From NCBI GenBank assembly GCA_965230905.1, contig OZ246396.1, forward strand, positions 270,001 through 302,000: a stretch of 32,000 bases of DNA, written 5' to 3'. This stretch comes from Candidatus Saccharimonadota bacterium (GTDB taxonomy: Bacteria > Patescibacteriota > Gracilibacteria > UBA1369 > 2-02-FULL-48-14). Position 1 is the first letter of the stretch. Each line of letters opens with the position of its first letter. The notes under the pieces are model-generated. The model was not told where the DNA came from. It did not search any database and worked only from the letters and a program-made list of their open reading frames with translations. Of the stretch, positions 24,341 to 32,000 are shown piece by piece. A program made the position numbers and the translations under genes.

Positions 24341-24838
24341 CTAAAGTGCGTGGAAACCGAAGATAGCAGATGCCACGGAATAAGGAAACTGCTTTCGGCG
24401 CTCGTTGAAGCGGTTCATGGCGGCCTGACGGTCCCGCTTTTGCTCTTCAATAAGCGTGGAGATGGCCTCGATATTTTTCTTGGCTTCCAAAAAGTTCACG
24501 CTGCGCACGTTCGTTGAGGCTAGGTATCGCTGGAGGGTTTGTTCAAACTCCAGTTCCTTTTGATAATTTTTAGGGGTCATAAACTCCGCACGGTCTTCGG
24601 CGAGTTTGCGCCAGGTGTCGGTGGACTCGGACCCAGTGCGGGCACTTTCCAAAAGGTAGGGCACGGTATCGCGGCGTTTTTCAAAATCGCGTTGCAGTAT
24701 GGCTTCGCGGGACTGTGCTTCCCGGAGTTCATGCAGCAAATTCTGGCGGAGCCACAGGAGGCCGGTGAACAAAATGGAGGCTGCGGCGATGATCAACAAA
24801 ATAATATTTTCAATCATGATGTGGGGTGATTCTATCAC
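24341..24838 (-). CDS. lemA: LemA family protein
   Basis: N-terminal TM helix. FEKRRDTVPYLLE and the C-terminal RFNERRKQFPYSVASAIFGF match the LemA pattern. Confidence 0.8.
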   Translation of the reverse strand: MIESPHIMIENIILLIIAAASILFTGLLWLRQNLLHELREAQSREAILQRDFEKRRDTVPYLLESARTGSESTDTWRKLAEDRAEFMTPKNYQKELEFEQTLQRYLASTNVRSVNFLEAKKNIEAISTLIEEQKRDRQAAMNRFNERRKQFPYSVASAIFGFHAL

Positions 24839-25361
24839 GCAGATCCAAAAGGGCGCGTGCGTTTTCGTAAGGGTTGCTCACGTGTTTGATGATGAAAAAC
24901 ACATCCGAGGCGGAGGTTTGAATTTCAATATTTCCATAGTGAAGAATGCTTTGCAGAAAACCTTTTTGGATCCCTGTTACATCCTGCATCTGACCCAAAT
25001 TCGCCTCCGAAACCGTTCTATGGAACAGGTCAATTTGCTCGTGGGAAATGATGCGGGTATCCGTGGCCACAATGATGTCCAATTCCTCATTCAACCACTT
25101 TACATACCCAATCAAAAGAATGGCCAAAAAATAGAGAGTGAATCCTAGCGAGGTCAGCACAAAAATATCGTTGAAATGTCCATCCCAAGCAAGGAATCCA
25201 GCGGGCACCGAAAGCACCAGCGGCAGGAGTCCAATCACCAATAGGTAGGCTGCTATTTTAAAATCGATGATCCAGTGTTTTCGAATCACGAGCTGAATAT
25301 TTTCTCCCGGTTTTTGCCCGGGAAAACGATGGGCTTTGAAATGTTCTTTACCTTTTTTCAT
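24810..25361 (-). CDS. Membrane-flanked bacterial PH domain (DUF304/YdbS-like) protein
   Basis: 183 aa. Two TM helices are followed by a soluble domain (DIIVATDTRIISHEQ...GNIEIQT). It overlaps both neighbours (14 nt and 29 nt). Confidence 0.65.
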   Translation of the reverse strand: MKKGKEHFKAHRFPGQKPGENIQLVIRKHWIIDFKIAAYLLVIGLLPLVLSVPAGFLAWDGHFNDIFVLTSLGFTLYFLAILLIGYVKWLNEELDIIVATDTRIISHEQIDLFHRTVSEANLGQMQDVTGIQKGFLQSILHYGNIEIQTSASDVFFIIKHVSNPYENARALLDLRDRITPHHD

Positions 25362-26415
25362 GAGTGCGCAGCTTGCTTAAAAAAATGCGTATCGATTTTT
25401 CCCAGGAGAAACGAGCGGCGGCTTTCTTTTGCGCCGCGATAACGGCTTTGCGTTTCGCTGGATCTTCCAGCAGCGTGAGTTTATCAGACAGCGCTTTGCG
25501 AAGCGAGCCCTTGCTGTGCGTGTCGGGCAGAAAGAGCGCAGCGTTGTTGGAGATTTCTCGGTTCACGGGAATATCGCGCACGATGGCGGGAATGCCCACG
25601 CTCATGGCCTGAAGCAACGGAATATTGAAACCCTCAGAGTCGGAAAAGTTGATGAAAGCATGCGCGGATTTGAGCACGGCGTAGACCTCTTCATCGGGCA
25701 AAAAACCGAGCGGGTAGGTATAGGGATATTCGGGAATTTCGGGATAGTAGCGGGAGTGGTGCGGCGCTTCCCCAATCAGAATCAGGCGGGGCGGATCTTT
25801 GACGTTGGCCACAGCTTCCACCATTTGAGGAACGTTTTTGCGGATGTCGTAACCGCCCAAATAAACCAGCGCGTCTTCGTAGTTGAGTTTGGGCAGGCGA
25901 GCGGGAATTTGCGCGGCACCGTTGGGAAGAACGTCCGCGGCGGGAATGCCGAGTTCGTCGTGCACACTTTGGCTCACGGTGAAGATTTGGTCCGCGTGAA
26001 CCAGTGCGCGGCGGGCCTGCAAATGGTAGTAGCTCTTGAGGCGGTTGCCTTGGTAGCGGTGGTCGCGCCACAGAATCAGGTCGTGCACGGTTATGGCGCG
26101 CAAATGTGGGCCGGCGGATGGAAGCGGCGTGGGGTAGGGATAGTATTCCCAATCGAGTTTGCGAGTGGCGAAAAAAGCCGGCACTTGAATGCGTTCCCAG
26201 TACCATTTTTTAAGCGCCGGATGGATTAGCCAAGCCTTTGCTGGGAGGACGTGAATCCATTTTTTGGGAATGCCTTTTGGGGCGACGGGGGCGGGCACCG
26301 GAATGACGCACTCGGTGCTTTTTTGCAGCGCGAGTTCGCGGAGCAAGCCGAGAGAATGCTGACCTATGCCGGTGTAGGGTTTATTGAGGAACCAACCCTG
26401 GAAACCAATTTTCAT
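25348..26415 (-). CDS. GT-B fold glycosyltransferase (GT4-like)
   Basis: 355 aa. FSDSEGFNIPLLQAMSVGIPAIV is the C-terminal nucleotide-sugar binding motif of GT4 enzymes. ATGA overlap with the murG stop. Confidence 0.85.
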   Translation of the reverse strand: MKIGFQGWFLNKPYTGIGQHSLGLLRELALQKSTECVIPVPAPVAPKGIPKKWIHVLPAKAWLIHPALKKWYWERIQVPAFFATRKLDWEYYPYPTPLPSAGPHLRAITVHDLILWRDHRYQGNRLKSYYHLQARRALVHADQIFTVSQSVHDELGIPAADVLPNGAAQIPARLPKLNYEDALVYLGGYDIRKNVPQMVEAVANVKDPPRLILIGEAPHHSRYYPEIPEYPYTYPLGFLPDEEVYAVLKSAHAFINFSDSEGFNIPLLQAMSVGIPAIVRDIPVNREISNNAALFLPDTHSKGSLRKALSDKLTLLEDPAKRKAVIAAQKKAAARFSWEKSIRIFLSKLRTHEKR

Positions 26416-27464
26416 ATAGGTTGGTCTAGTAAAGTAAGGGCAATGACTTGTGTGGCGGAATTTTCGACGTGATGGGTTTTGCGGGGCGGCAGTTTGGCGA
26501 GTTGCACGGTGAGCGGCGGCACGTCCTCACCCAGGTGGTAGAGTGAGGATTTTTTGGTAAGAGCCTGGGCGTTGAGGATCTGATCGCCGCGACTGGCGTG
26601 CGTTCCGAGTGGGAAGAGCAGCGCGGGCAATTGCAGGGCTTCCAACTCCGCGAGAGCGGAGGCGCCCGCGCGAGTGAGCGCGAGCGAAGCGAGCGCGTAG
26701 AGATCCTTGAGTTGGCTGCCCACATAGGGCACTGAATAATAACCACTCTTTTTTGAAAGCTCACTCTTCGAGTGAGTCCCCTTTCCTTCACCCGTTATGT
26801 GGACAATGTCGTAGACAGCCAGGAGAGCTTTTTTTTCTTTTTCAATCTTCTTGTTGAGTTCCAAGGATCCGCTGCTTCCGCCCATCACCAGCAGCACGGG
26901 TCGCTTCCCCAAAAAGCCGGTCAACTTTTTAGCCGCGGCCACTTTGCCATCGTACAAATCCAGTCGCACGGGGTTGCCCACCACTTCCAGTTTTTTGGCG
27001 TAGTGGTCCAGCGCCTCCTCCGCCTCCTCGTAGCCCAAGAAAATCTTCTTCGCAAAGGGGGCACAGAGGCGTGTGGTCAAGCCCGGCAGCGCATCCGATT
27101 CGTGGATGTACACCGGTATTCCAATCAGCCACGCTGCAAAAACCACCGGAAAGCCCACGTAACCACCCTTGCTGAAAACCGCCTTGGGCCGGTGCTTTAA
27201 AAGCTTGAAAAAAGCCTGCACAATTCCCACGGGAATTTTAAAAATATCCACCATGTTTCGCAGGTCGAAATAACGTCGGAGTTTTCCGGTGGCCACACTT
27301 TCAAAGGGAATCCCGGCCTCTTCGCACAGTTTGCGCTCAATGCCCTTCCGTGAACCGAGGTAGGTTATGCGCGCCTGGGGACTAAACTCTTTGATAGCGG
27401 CGGCTATAGCGATATTGGGGATTACGTGTCCGGCTGTACCCCCTCCGGTCAGGAGTATATGCAT
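26412..27464 (-). CDS. murG: UDP-N-acetylglucosamine--N-acetylmuramyl-(pentapeptide) pyrophosphoryl-undecaprenol GlcNAc transferase
   Basis: MHILLTGGGTAGHVIPNIAIAAAI, GGYVGFPV, VMGGSSGS and ALTRAGASALAEL match MurG. The ORF is open to 27509, but ATG 27464 gives the canonical N-terminus. Confidence 0.92.
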   Translation of the reverse strand: MHILLTGGGTAGHVIPNIAIAAAIKEFSPQARITYLGSRKGIERKLCEEAGIPFESVATGKLRRYFDLRNMVDIFKIPVGIVQAFFKLLKHRPKAVFSKGGYVGFPVVFAAWLIGIPVYIHESDALPGLTTRLCAPFAKKIFLGYEEAEEALDHYAKKLEVVGNPVRLDLYDGKVAAAKKLTGFLGKRPVLLVMGGSSGSLELNKKIEKEKKALLAVYDIVHITGEGKGTHSKSELSKKSGYYSVPYVGSQLKDLYALASLALTRAGASALAELEALQLPALLFPLGTHASRGDQILNAQALTKKSSLYHLGEDVPPLTVQLAKLPPRKTHHVENSATQVIALTLLDQPI

Positions 27465-28623
27465 AGGGCGTGGTGTATTGAGAAATGTTGAGCAGAACTC
27501 CGACCGCAACCAAGGTCATCACCATGGACGATCCTCCGTAACTCATGAATGGCAGCGTGATTCCCGTGATGGGAAACAGGGCGGTGTTTACCATGATGTT
27601 AACGAAAGCCTGAACTGAAATCCAGGTAGTAATTCCGGCCGCCATCAGCATGGAAAACTTGTTAGGCGCGTGATTCGCGATCTGGAAGCCACGATACGCA
27701 ATTACCGCGTAGAGCAAAACCAGTCCGGCGCTGCGCACAAATCCCAGCTCATTCGCACTCGCGGCAAAAATAAAGTCGTCCACGGCCTGCGGCAACCAGT
27801 AGTATTTTTGCGTCCCCTGCGTCAGCCCCTTCCCCCAAAATCCTCCGCTTCCAATAGCAATATTTGCCTGCCGCGTCTGCCAACAATAGGACTCCCCCGT
27901 ACACTCCTGGCTTGGACTCATGAACGCAATCACGCGCTCATGAATGTGGTTCTGCGTAGAAAAAGCCAGCAGCGCCAAAAACATTCCCGTGACCACCATC
28001 ATTCCCAAATGCCGCCAGCTCGCCCCCGCCAAATAATAAATCACCACCGCAATTCCCGAAAGCACCATGGCCGACCCAATGTCCGGCTGAATCACAATCA
28101 GCCCAATAATCGTCCCGGCAATCGCGCCAAATTTCAAAAATCCTTCCTTAAAATCCTGAATCTGCTCCGTGCTCACTTTTTCTGCAAAGAAGTAACTCAG
28201 GTAAAAAATCAGTCCCAGTTTGGCCACCTCCGAAGGCTGCAGCGAATCCACAAAAGGCAGCACGCTTCCCACGTTGATCCAACTGGTCGCAAAGGTTCCG
28301 TTGTCGCTTCCTCCAAAGAGCACAAATACGAGCAAAATAAACGCCAGCCCGTACATCACCGGTGCCAACGTTTTCCAGTACTTATAATTAAATTTCCACG
28401 CCACCAGCATTCCCAGCAGCCCGATTCCAGCCCTCACCACGTGATTTTTTAAGATCAAATAACAATCCACCGCGCTGTCCGCACAATCGGGGTACTTCAT
28501 GTCGGGCGCCGAAATCTTGATGGATTTGGGAACTCCCACACTGGTGATCATCACTACCCCAATCACCACCACCGCAAGAACCGCGATGAGTAAAACAACG
28601 TCGTATTTGCTTCGTCTGAACAT
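27382..28623 (-). CDS. ftsW: Peptidoglycan glycosyltransferase FtsW (SEDS family)
   Basis: 413 aa and polytopic. LQPSEVAKL, QPDIGSAM, LPQAVDDFIFA and GITLPFMSYGGSSM match SEDS proteins. It lies directly upstream of murG. Confidence 0.9.
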   Translation of the reverse strand: MFRRSKYDVVLLIAVLAVVVIGVVMITSVGVPKSIKISAPDMKYPDCADSAVDCYLILKNHVVRAGIGLLGMLVAWKFNYKYWKTLAPVMYGLAFILLVFVLFGGSDNGTFATSWINVGSVLPFVDSLQPSEVAKLGLIFYLSYFFAEKVSTEQIQDFKEGFLKFGAIAGTIIGLIVIQPDIGSAMVLSGIAVVIYYLAGASWRHLGMMVVTGMFLALLAFSTQNHIHERVIAFMSPSQECTGESYCWQTRQANIAIGSGGFWGKGLTQGTQKYYWLPQAVDDFIFAASANELGFVRSAGLVLLYAVIAYRGFQIANHAPNKFSMLMAAGITTWISVQAFVNIMVNTALFPITGITLPFMSYGGSSMVMTLVAVGVLLNISQYTTPYAYTPDRRGYSRTRNPQYRYSRRYQRV

Positions 28624-28657
28624 ATAGAGGTGGCTGTGCCAAAAAGAGCCTAGCTAG

Positions 28658-28666
28658 TGTATAGCA
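28658..28666 (-). promoter_or_regulatory. Extended -10 box TGCTATACA upstream of ftsW
   Basis: The minus strand reads TGCTATACA followed by 34 nt and then ATG 28623, in the 75-nt gap after the 876-aa gene. Confidence 0.4.
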
Positions 28667-28698
28667 GGGGCTTGGTTTTTGGAAGGTGGAAAGGCGGA

Positions 28699-31329
28699 CT
28701 AGGGATACAGAAGTTTTAAGTGATCTTCTGTGAGTTCAGTCTTCACTTTGCCTAGGGTTTCTTTAAGGGATTCATAGGATTCGGATGCATCTGGTGACAT
28801 TTTTTTGAGTTGATCTGGAGCAAAACCCGTATCCAACTTTCTTTCTAACAAGGTTGCTCGGTCAGCTACCTCTTTTAAACTAGGTTTTACATTTCTATCC
28901 ACACCAAGCATGGATACCAATTGTTTTTTAGCTTCTTTGATTTTGACAGGGTCTGTAAGCCCGGTGATTGAAAGCGGATTTCTCATGTAATTAAATTCTG
29001 AATACAGAGCGCTTACTTCAAGTTTTGCTAAAAAGTTTATTTTTTTATTGGGATCATTCAACTTACCTACTAAGGTTCCAAAGTTCTTATAAGGGTTGTC
29101 TCTATCGAAGATGGCCTCCAACCGTTCCTGCGTTAAACAATCCTCAATAGCTTTTAAATCTTTACCCAATGCATCGAACCGAGCCTTGTCTTCAAGTTCC
29201 GCGAAGTCCGTTTTCTTCACTTTTCCCAGCGCTCTCCTAAACTCTACCAAAGCTGTAGCGAGCATAGCATGGGTGACCCGAGCTACGTTCATGCCCACAA
29301 ATTTCGCCAACTGAGTTTTGGCCAGCGTGAGCTCTTCAGCAGATCCACCTTTAATGAGTGCGTCCAATTCTCCGGCATCCACCAAGTAAGGGAAATGCCC
29401 TCGGAAGGTAGAGGATTTGTAGCCACGTACATAGCCAGCCACGTCGGACACTTCTTCCAAGTCACGGAAGTCATTTACAAACTGTTCTGGTGCAACTGGA
29501 GTGACATCCGCAAACAAGGCTTCCACTGATTTATCATCCGAGAAATCTCCTGCGACTATCGCACTAGCACCACCTATTGCCGCTACACCAGGTTGAGTTA
29601 AGAGATTCAACATCTTTCTCAACTTGCCAAGATTTGCCATTTCTTTTACCGAAGGCACCGGTGGAGGTGTGCCTGCTCCAATGAATATTTTCTCCATTGC
29701 TGCGGCTTCCCTCAAAATATCCGCGCGTTCAAAAGGTTCTTCCAATTTAAACAAAGCCTTCAATTGATTTCTAACTTTCTTTCTACCCTCCGTAGTTTTG
29801 AGTAAAGCGGGCTTAACTGCAGGGTAAAGGATATTGAATGCACGCTTGAGCTTGTCTTCATCAAAGCCCTCCAAAGCATTCTTTCGGTTTTCCTTATTCA
29901 CGCCGTCCAAAACACTAGTTCCAAAATTTCTGTATTTTTCGTCTGTCCACGCAAAGCTGCTGCCTTCCACTTCGGCAGTGGGGTAGAGCTTGTTCAGAAT
30001 ATCTGGAGTTAAGTTGGTCTGTGCTTTTTCGAGCAAGTCGATGAACTCCTTTCGGATTGCAGTGTAAGGATCGATCGGAGCGGGGGCTGCTGCAGGAGGC
30101 ACTATGACCCACCCCAACTTTTTTTTCATTTCGCGCTCGCGTTCCAAAAGTTTGGCTTTTGTGGGTTTCTTTACATTGAACAGATTTTCAATTTGTTCAC
30201 GTAAATCATCCGGATTCATGGTGAGCTCTGCTGCTAGACTAGCAGAATCTAAAATGTCACCCACCTGAATCTCAATATCATCGATTCCGTCTGTCTTGAT
30301 TTGATTCAAGAAAGGCTTCAAGGTCTTATTAGGGTTGACCTTCAATATACTATCTCCGATCTTAGAGTAATTCATTGCGTAATCATCCACTTTTTCAGCC
30401 GTGCCATAAATTTTTTCAACCGCATCTTTAGTGAGCCAGGTTCTAACATTCTTAATGATGTCGATGAGTGCTTCGTGTTGATTTTCCACCCGTGGATCCA
30501 AGTCGTGTACATCGAAAGTTTCCACTCCATGATGCGAATGGATGTGAACTCCTAAGAGGGTCAAGAGCATGGTGGTTTGCTTTTCTACAATCTGTCGGTC
30601 CGCTACTCCGCTCCAATCCAAAATATTAGAGGTTTGTTTCTTGAGTTCTTCACGTCCACTTTCACTGTTAAGGGATTTCTTAAAACGGGCCTCATCGGTG
30701 AACATGTAGAGCGCCCTTTCCACATTATCAATATCCAATCCCGCACAGAATCCTTCGAGAGCATGGTGATCGAGGGCGATTTCCTTTTTCTTCGCTGCTT
30801 TCTTATCCTTTTTCAGTTTATGCAAAATTTGGTCTCCAATGTGTTGGTCGTCGGTTGCAATAGGGTGGAGGCTTGGAAAGAGTTTTCCTTTAACCCACTC
30901 GGCGGCTTTTGCTATGCCCCCTAATGCGGGAACCGCGTGACCATAGTGAGCCAAGGCGTGGATTCCTTTATCAAAAAGGTCGCCGTCGTGGTCGTCGTGA
31001 CCCGCAATGGCGGCCGCTGCACCGGCTGCCGTGGCAACCGCTGAAGCAATAGGATGTCCGTGGGAGTCTACCGCAGGCGCGGCGTGTCTAGCAGCAGCGG
31101 CGGGAGCTGGATGGTGGTGAGGATCTACAGGAGGATGACCGCCATTTGCGGCTGGATGTGCAAATGTTTCTTTACCGGCAACATAAGTAACTCCTTTCAC
31201 CAAACGTGCAAACGATTCAGCAATACCCATCACCCCTCCATTCTTGAAGTGCATACTGTTGTTTGCAGCATTAGGAGCTTCGTGGCCTCCATCGTGATGT
31301 TCCGCTGATTGTGCAGGTGCTGATGACAT
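28699..31329 (-). CDS. Large hypothetical protein: His/Ala/Pro-rich N-terminus followed by tandem modules of about 135-145 aa
   Basis: 876 aa with no signal peptide. N-terminal region: HHDGGHEAP, HPPVDPHHHPAPAAAARHAAPAVDSHGHP, GHDDHDGD. Module starts LTKDAVEKIYGTAE (aa 299), LTPDILNKLYPTAE (440), LTQERLEAIFDRDNPY (732) and terminal LTEDHLKLLYP (866). Confidence 0.75.
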   Translation of the reverse strand: MSSAPAQSAEHHDGGHEAPNAANNSMHFKNGGVMGIAESFARLVKGVTYVAGKETFAHPAANGGHPPVDPHHHPAPAAAARHAAPAVDSHGHPIASAVATAAGAAAAIAGHDDHDGDLFDKGIHALAHYGHAVPALGGIAKAAEWVKGKLFPSLHPIATDDQHIGDQILHKLKKDKKAAKKKEIALDHHALEGFCAGLDIDNVERALYMFTDEARFKKSLNSESGREELKKQTSNILDWSGVADRQIVEKQTTMLLTLLGVHIHSHHGVETFDVHDLDPRVENQHEALIDIIKNVRTWLTKDAVEKIYGTAEKVDDYAMNYSKIGDSILKVNPNKTLKPFLNQIKTDGIDDIEIQVGDILDSASLAAELTMNPDDLREQIENLFNVKKPTKAKLLEREREMKKKLGWVIVPPAAAPAPIDPYTAIRKEFIDLLEKAQTNLTPDILNKLYPTAEVEGSSFAWTDEKYRNFGTSVLDGVNKENRKNALEGFDEDKLKRAFNILYPAVKPALLKTTEGRKKVRNQLKALFKLEEPFERADILREAAAMEKIFIGAGTPPPVPSVKEMANLGKLRKMLNLLTQPGVAAIGGASAIVAGDFSDDKSVEALFADVTPVAPEQFVNDFRDLEEVSDVAGYVRGYKSSTFRGHFPYLVDAGELDALIKGGSAEELTLAKTQLAKFVGMNVARVTHAMLATALVEFRRALGKVKKTDFAELEDKARFDALGKDLKAIEDCLTQERLEAIFDRDNPYKNFGTLVGKLNDPNKKINFLAKLEVSALYSEFNYMRNPLSITGLTDPVKIKEAKKQLVSMLGVDRNVKPSLKEVADRATLLERKLDTGFAPDQLKKMSPDASESYESLKETLGKVKTELTEDHLKLLYP

Positions 31330-31337
31330 AATTAAGT

Positions 31338-32000
31338 TTAGTGATGAGCTCCGCCGCCGTGAGCGGCTGCGGGCGCGTGACCCGCGTCTCCATGAGCCGC
31401 GTGACCGTGGCCATGAGGAGCATGAAATATAGAAAGTTCAGGAATAGTTGCGTTCAATCCAAACAAATCCTTTGAAGCGGCATTCGCCACTCCTTCTCCG
31501 GCTCCATATAGACTGAAGAGTGCGCCGGCTGCAAGAGCCAAGCCTCCTCCTTTGAGTCCAGCCCATCCTGAAGCAAGCTTATTGCGTGCCCACTTAAAGG
31601 GTTTGAAGAAACCTGTAGTGGGTTTAACGGTAGCGTGCGCAGGGTAATTCCAACCCCAACGTGCCGCTTGGTACGCTCGCACAAAAGGATTGCTGATCAC
31701 TCGTCCACCCGCTTTCACTGGATTCACCAGCACGGTCTGCCCAATGGCTTTAACCAGCGGCGCTCCATCAACCACAAGGTGTTTTCCAACATTGAGTACC
31801 AACGGGGCGGTTTTTTTCAATACATAGCCTCCTGCAACCAGAGTTCCCACCACTGCAGCCGCACCCAATAGACCAGTGCCGGCCGCTGCCAATGTTGTGT
31901 ATTTAGCCACGGTCTGAATAGGGTGTTTGTTGTGTTTCACAAATTCCCACGTTTTTCCTGGAGCCTTTTTCAAGCCAGGCCAAGCTTTGTCTTTGATCCA
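31338..32000 (-). CDS. Hypothetical Gly/Ala-rich membrane protein with His-rich C-terminal tail; probably 5'-truncated by the window edge
   Basis: The codon at 31973 is TTG, and the frame stays open to base 32000 (WIKDKAWPG...). TM-like LAAAGTGLLGAAAVVGTLVAGGYVL. C-terminus HAPHGHGHAAHGDAGHAPAAAHGGGAHH. Confidence 0.6.
   Translation of the reverse strand, partial: WIKDKAWPGLKKAPGKTWEFVKHNKHPIQTVAKYTTLAAAGTGLLGAAAVVGTLVAGGYVLKKTAPLVLNVGKHLVVDGAPLVKAIGQTVLVNPVKAGGRVISNPFVRAYQAARWGWNYPAHATVKPTTGFFKPFKWARNKLASGWAGLKGGGLALAAGALFSLYGAGEGVANAASKDLFGLNATIPELSIFHAPHGHGHAAHGDAGHAPAAAHGGGAHH

Noticed and set aside
24336-24350. Small hairpin CGCAC-TAAA-GTGCG at the LemA stop as a terminator before miaB
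   Set aside because: The stem is only 5 bp. On the transcribed (minus) strand it is followed by an A-run, not a U-run, and miaB starts 18 nt later, so read-through is expected.
30119-30126. Homopolymer run of 8 T (A8 on the coding strand, encoding MKKK) inside the 876-aa gene as a slippage or phase-variation site
   Set aside because: The run is short. It simply encodes a Lys stretch in a Lys-rich linker, and no alternative frame of meaningful length opens after a +1 or -1 shift.
31327-31340. Possibility that the two His-rich genes are one gene split by a stop (readthrough, frameshift or pseudogene)
   Set aside because: The ATG is offset by 11 nt from the TAA (not in frame), and the next in-frame codons after TAA give a second stop (ACT TAA). 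The two ORFs have different character (membrane versus soluble), so they are treated as separate genes.
1-32000. Search for CRISPR arrays, rRNA/tRNA genes, transposases or integrases
   Set aside because: There are no regularly spaced direct repeats. No T-loop (GTTCGAATC-like) or anticodon-arm pattern occurs in any intergenic gap. No DDE or tyrosine-recombinase-like translation was seen. The only tandem DNA repeat is the 9-nt duplication at 9596-9614, which is far too small to be an array.

Overview
Dense, almost entirely protein-coding 32 kb of a bacterial chromosome read with the standard code. TGA is a real stop, for example at the ATGA junction 6129-6132. About 30 CDS, mostly on the minus strand in tightly packed or overlapping operons. 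I found no rRNA, tRNA, CRISPR array, transposase or integrase. Housekeeping genes are clear from the translations: purH, uppP, yidD, mutL, alaS, miaB, murG, ftsW, a LysM/M23 peptidase, LemA and a GT-B glycosyltransferase. The content looks like a small-genome Patescibacteria/CPR-type organism: DUF4012, a membrane PH (DUF304-like) protein, a short AlaRS without C-Ala, two archaeal-type PurP genes and many orphan proteins. That assignment is an inference, not a measurement. Things worth a second look: (1) a secreted, membrane-anchored protein whose predicted mature N-terminus and Cys pattern mimic the N-domain of animal TIMPs, with an HExxHxxxxxH lipoprotein two genes away; (2) a 190-nt intergenic element (10883-11074) made of perfectly paired nested hairpins whose two loops are 12/12 complementary; (3) a hairpin plus CCTGTCTGTTCTC element repeated directly in front of the purH and yidD start codons; (4) a recurrent TGCTAnnnT extended -10 box, four times only 6-9 nt from an ATG, implying leaderless mRNAs; (5) tandem archaeal-type purP genes next to bacterial purH; (6) a low-GC Fic island between alaS and miaB; (7) a His-rich gene pair with a roughly 140-aa modular repeat protein; (8) a large Cys-rich protein bracketed by two homologous zinc ribbons, preceded by a DUF5678-like mini-gene; (9) a T4SS coupling-ATPase fragment convergent with a possible pre-toxin-TG protein. 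All family calls come from reading the translations and recalling family signatures. No database search was run.
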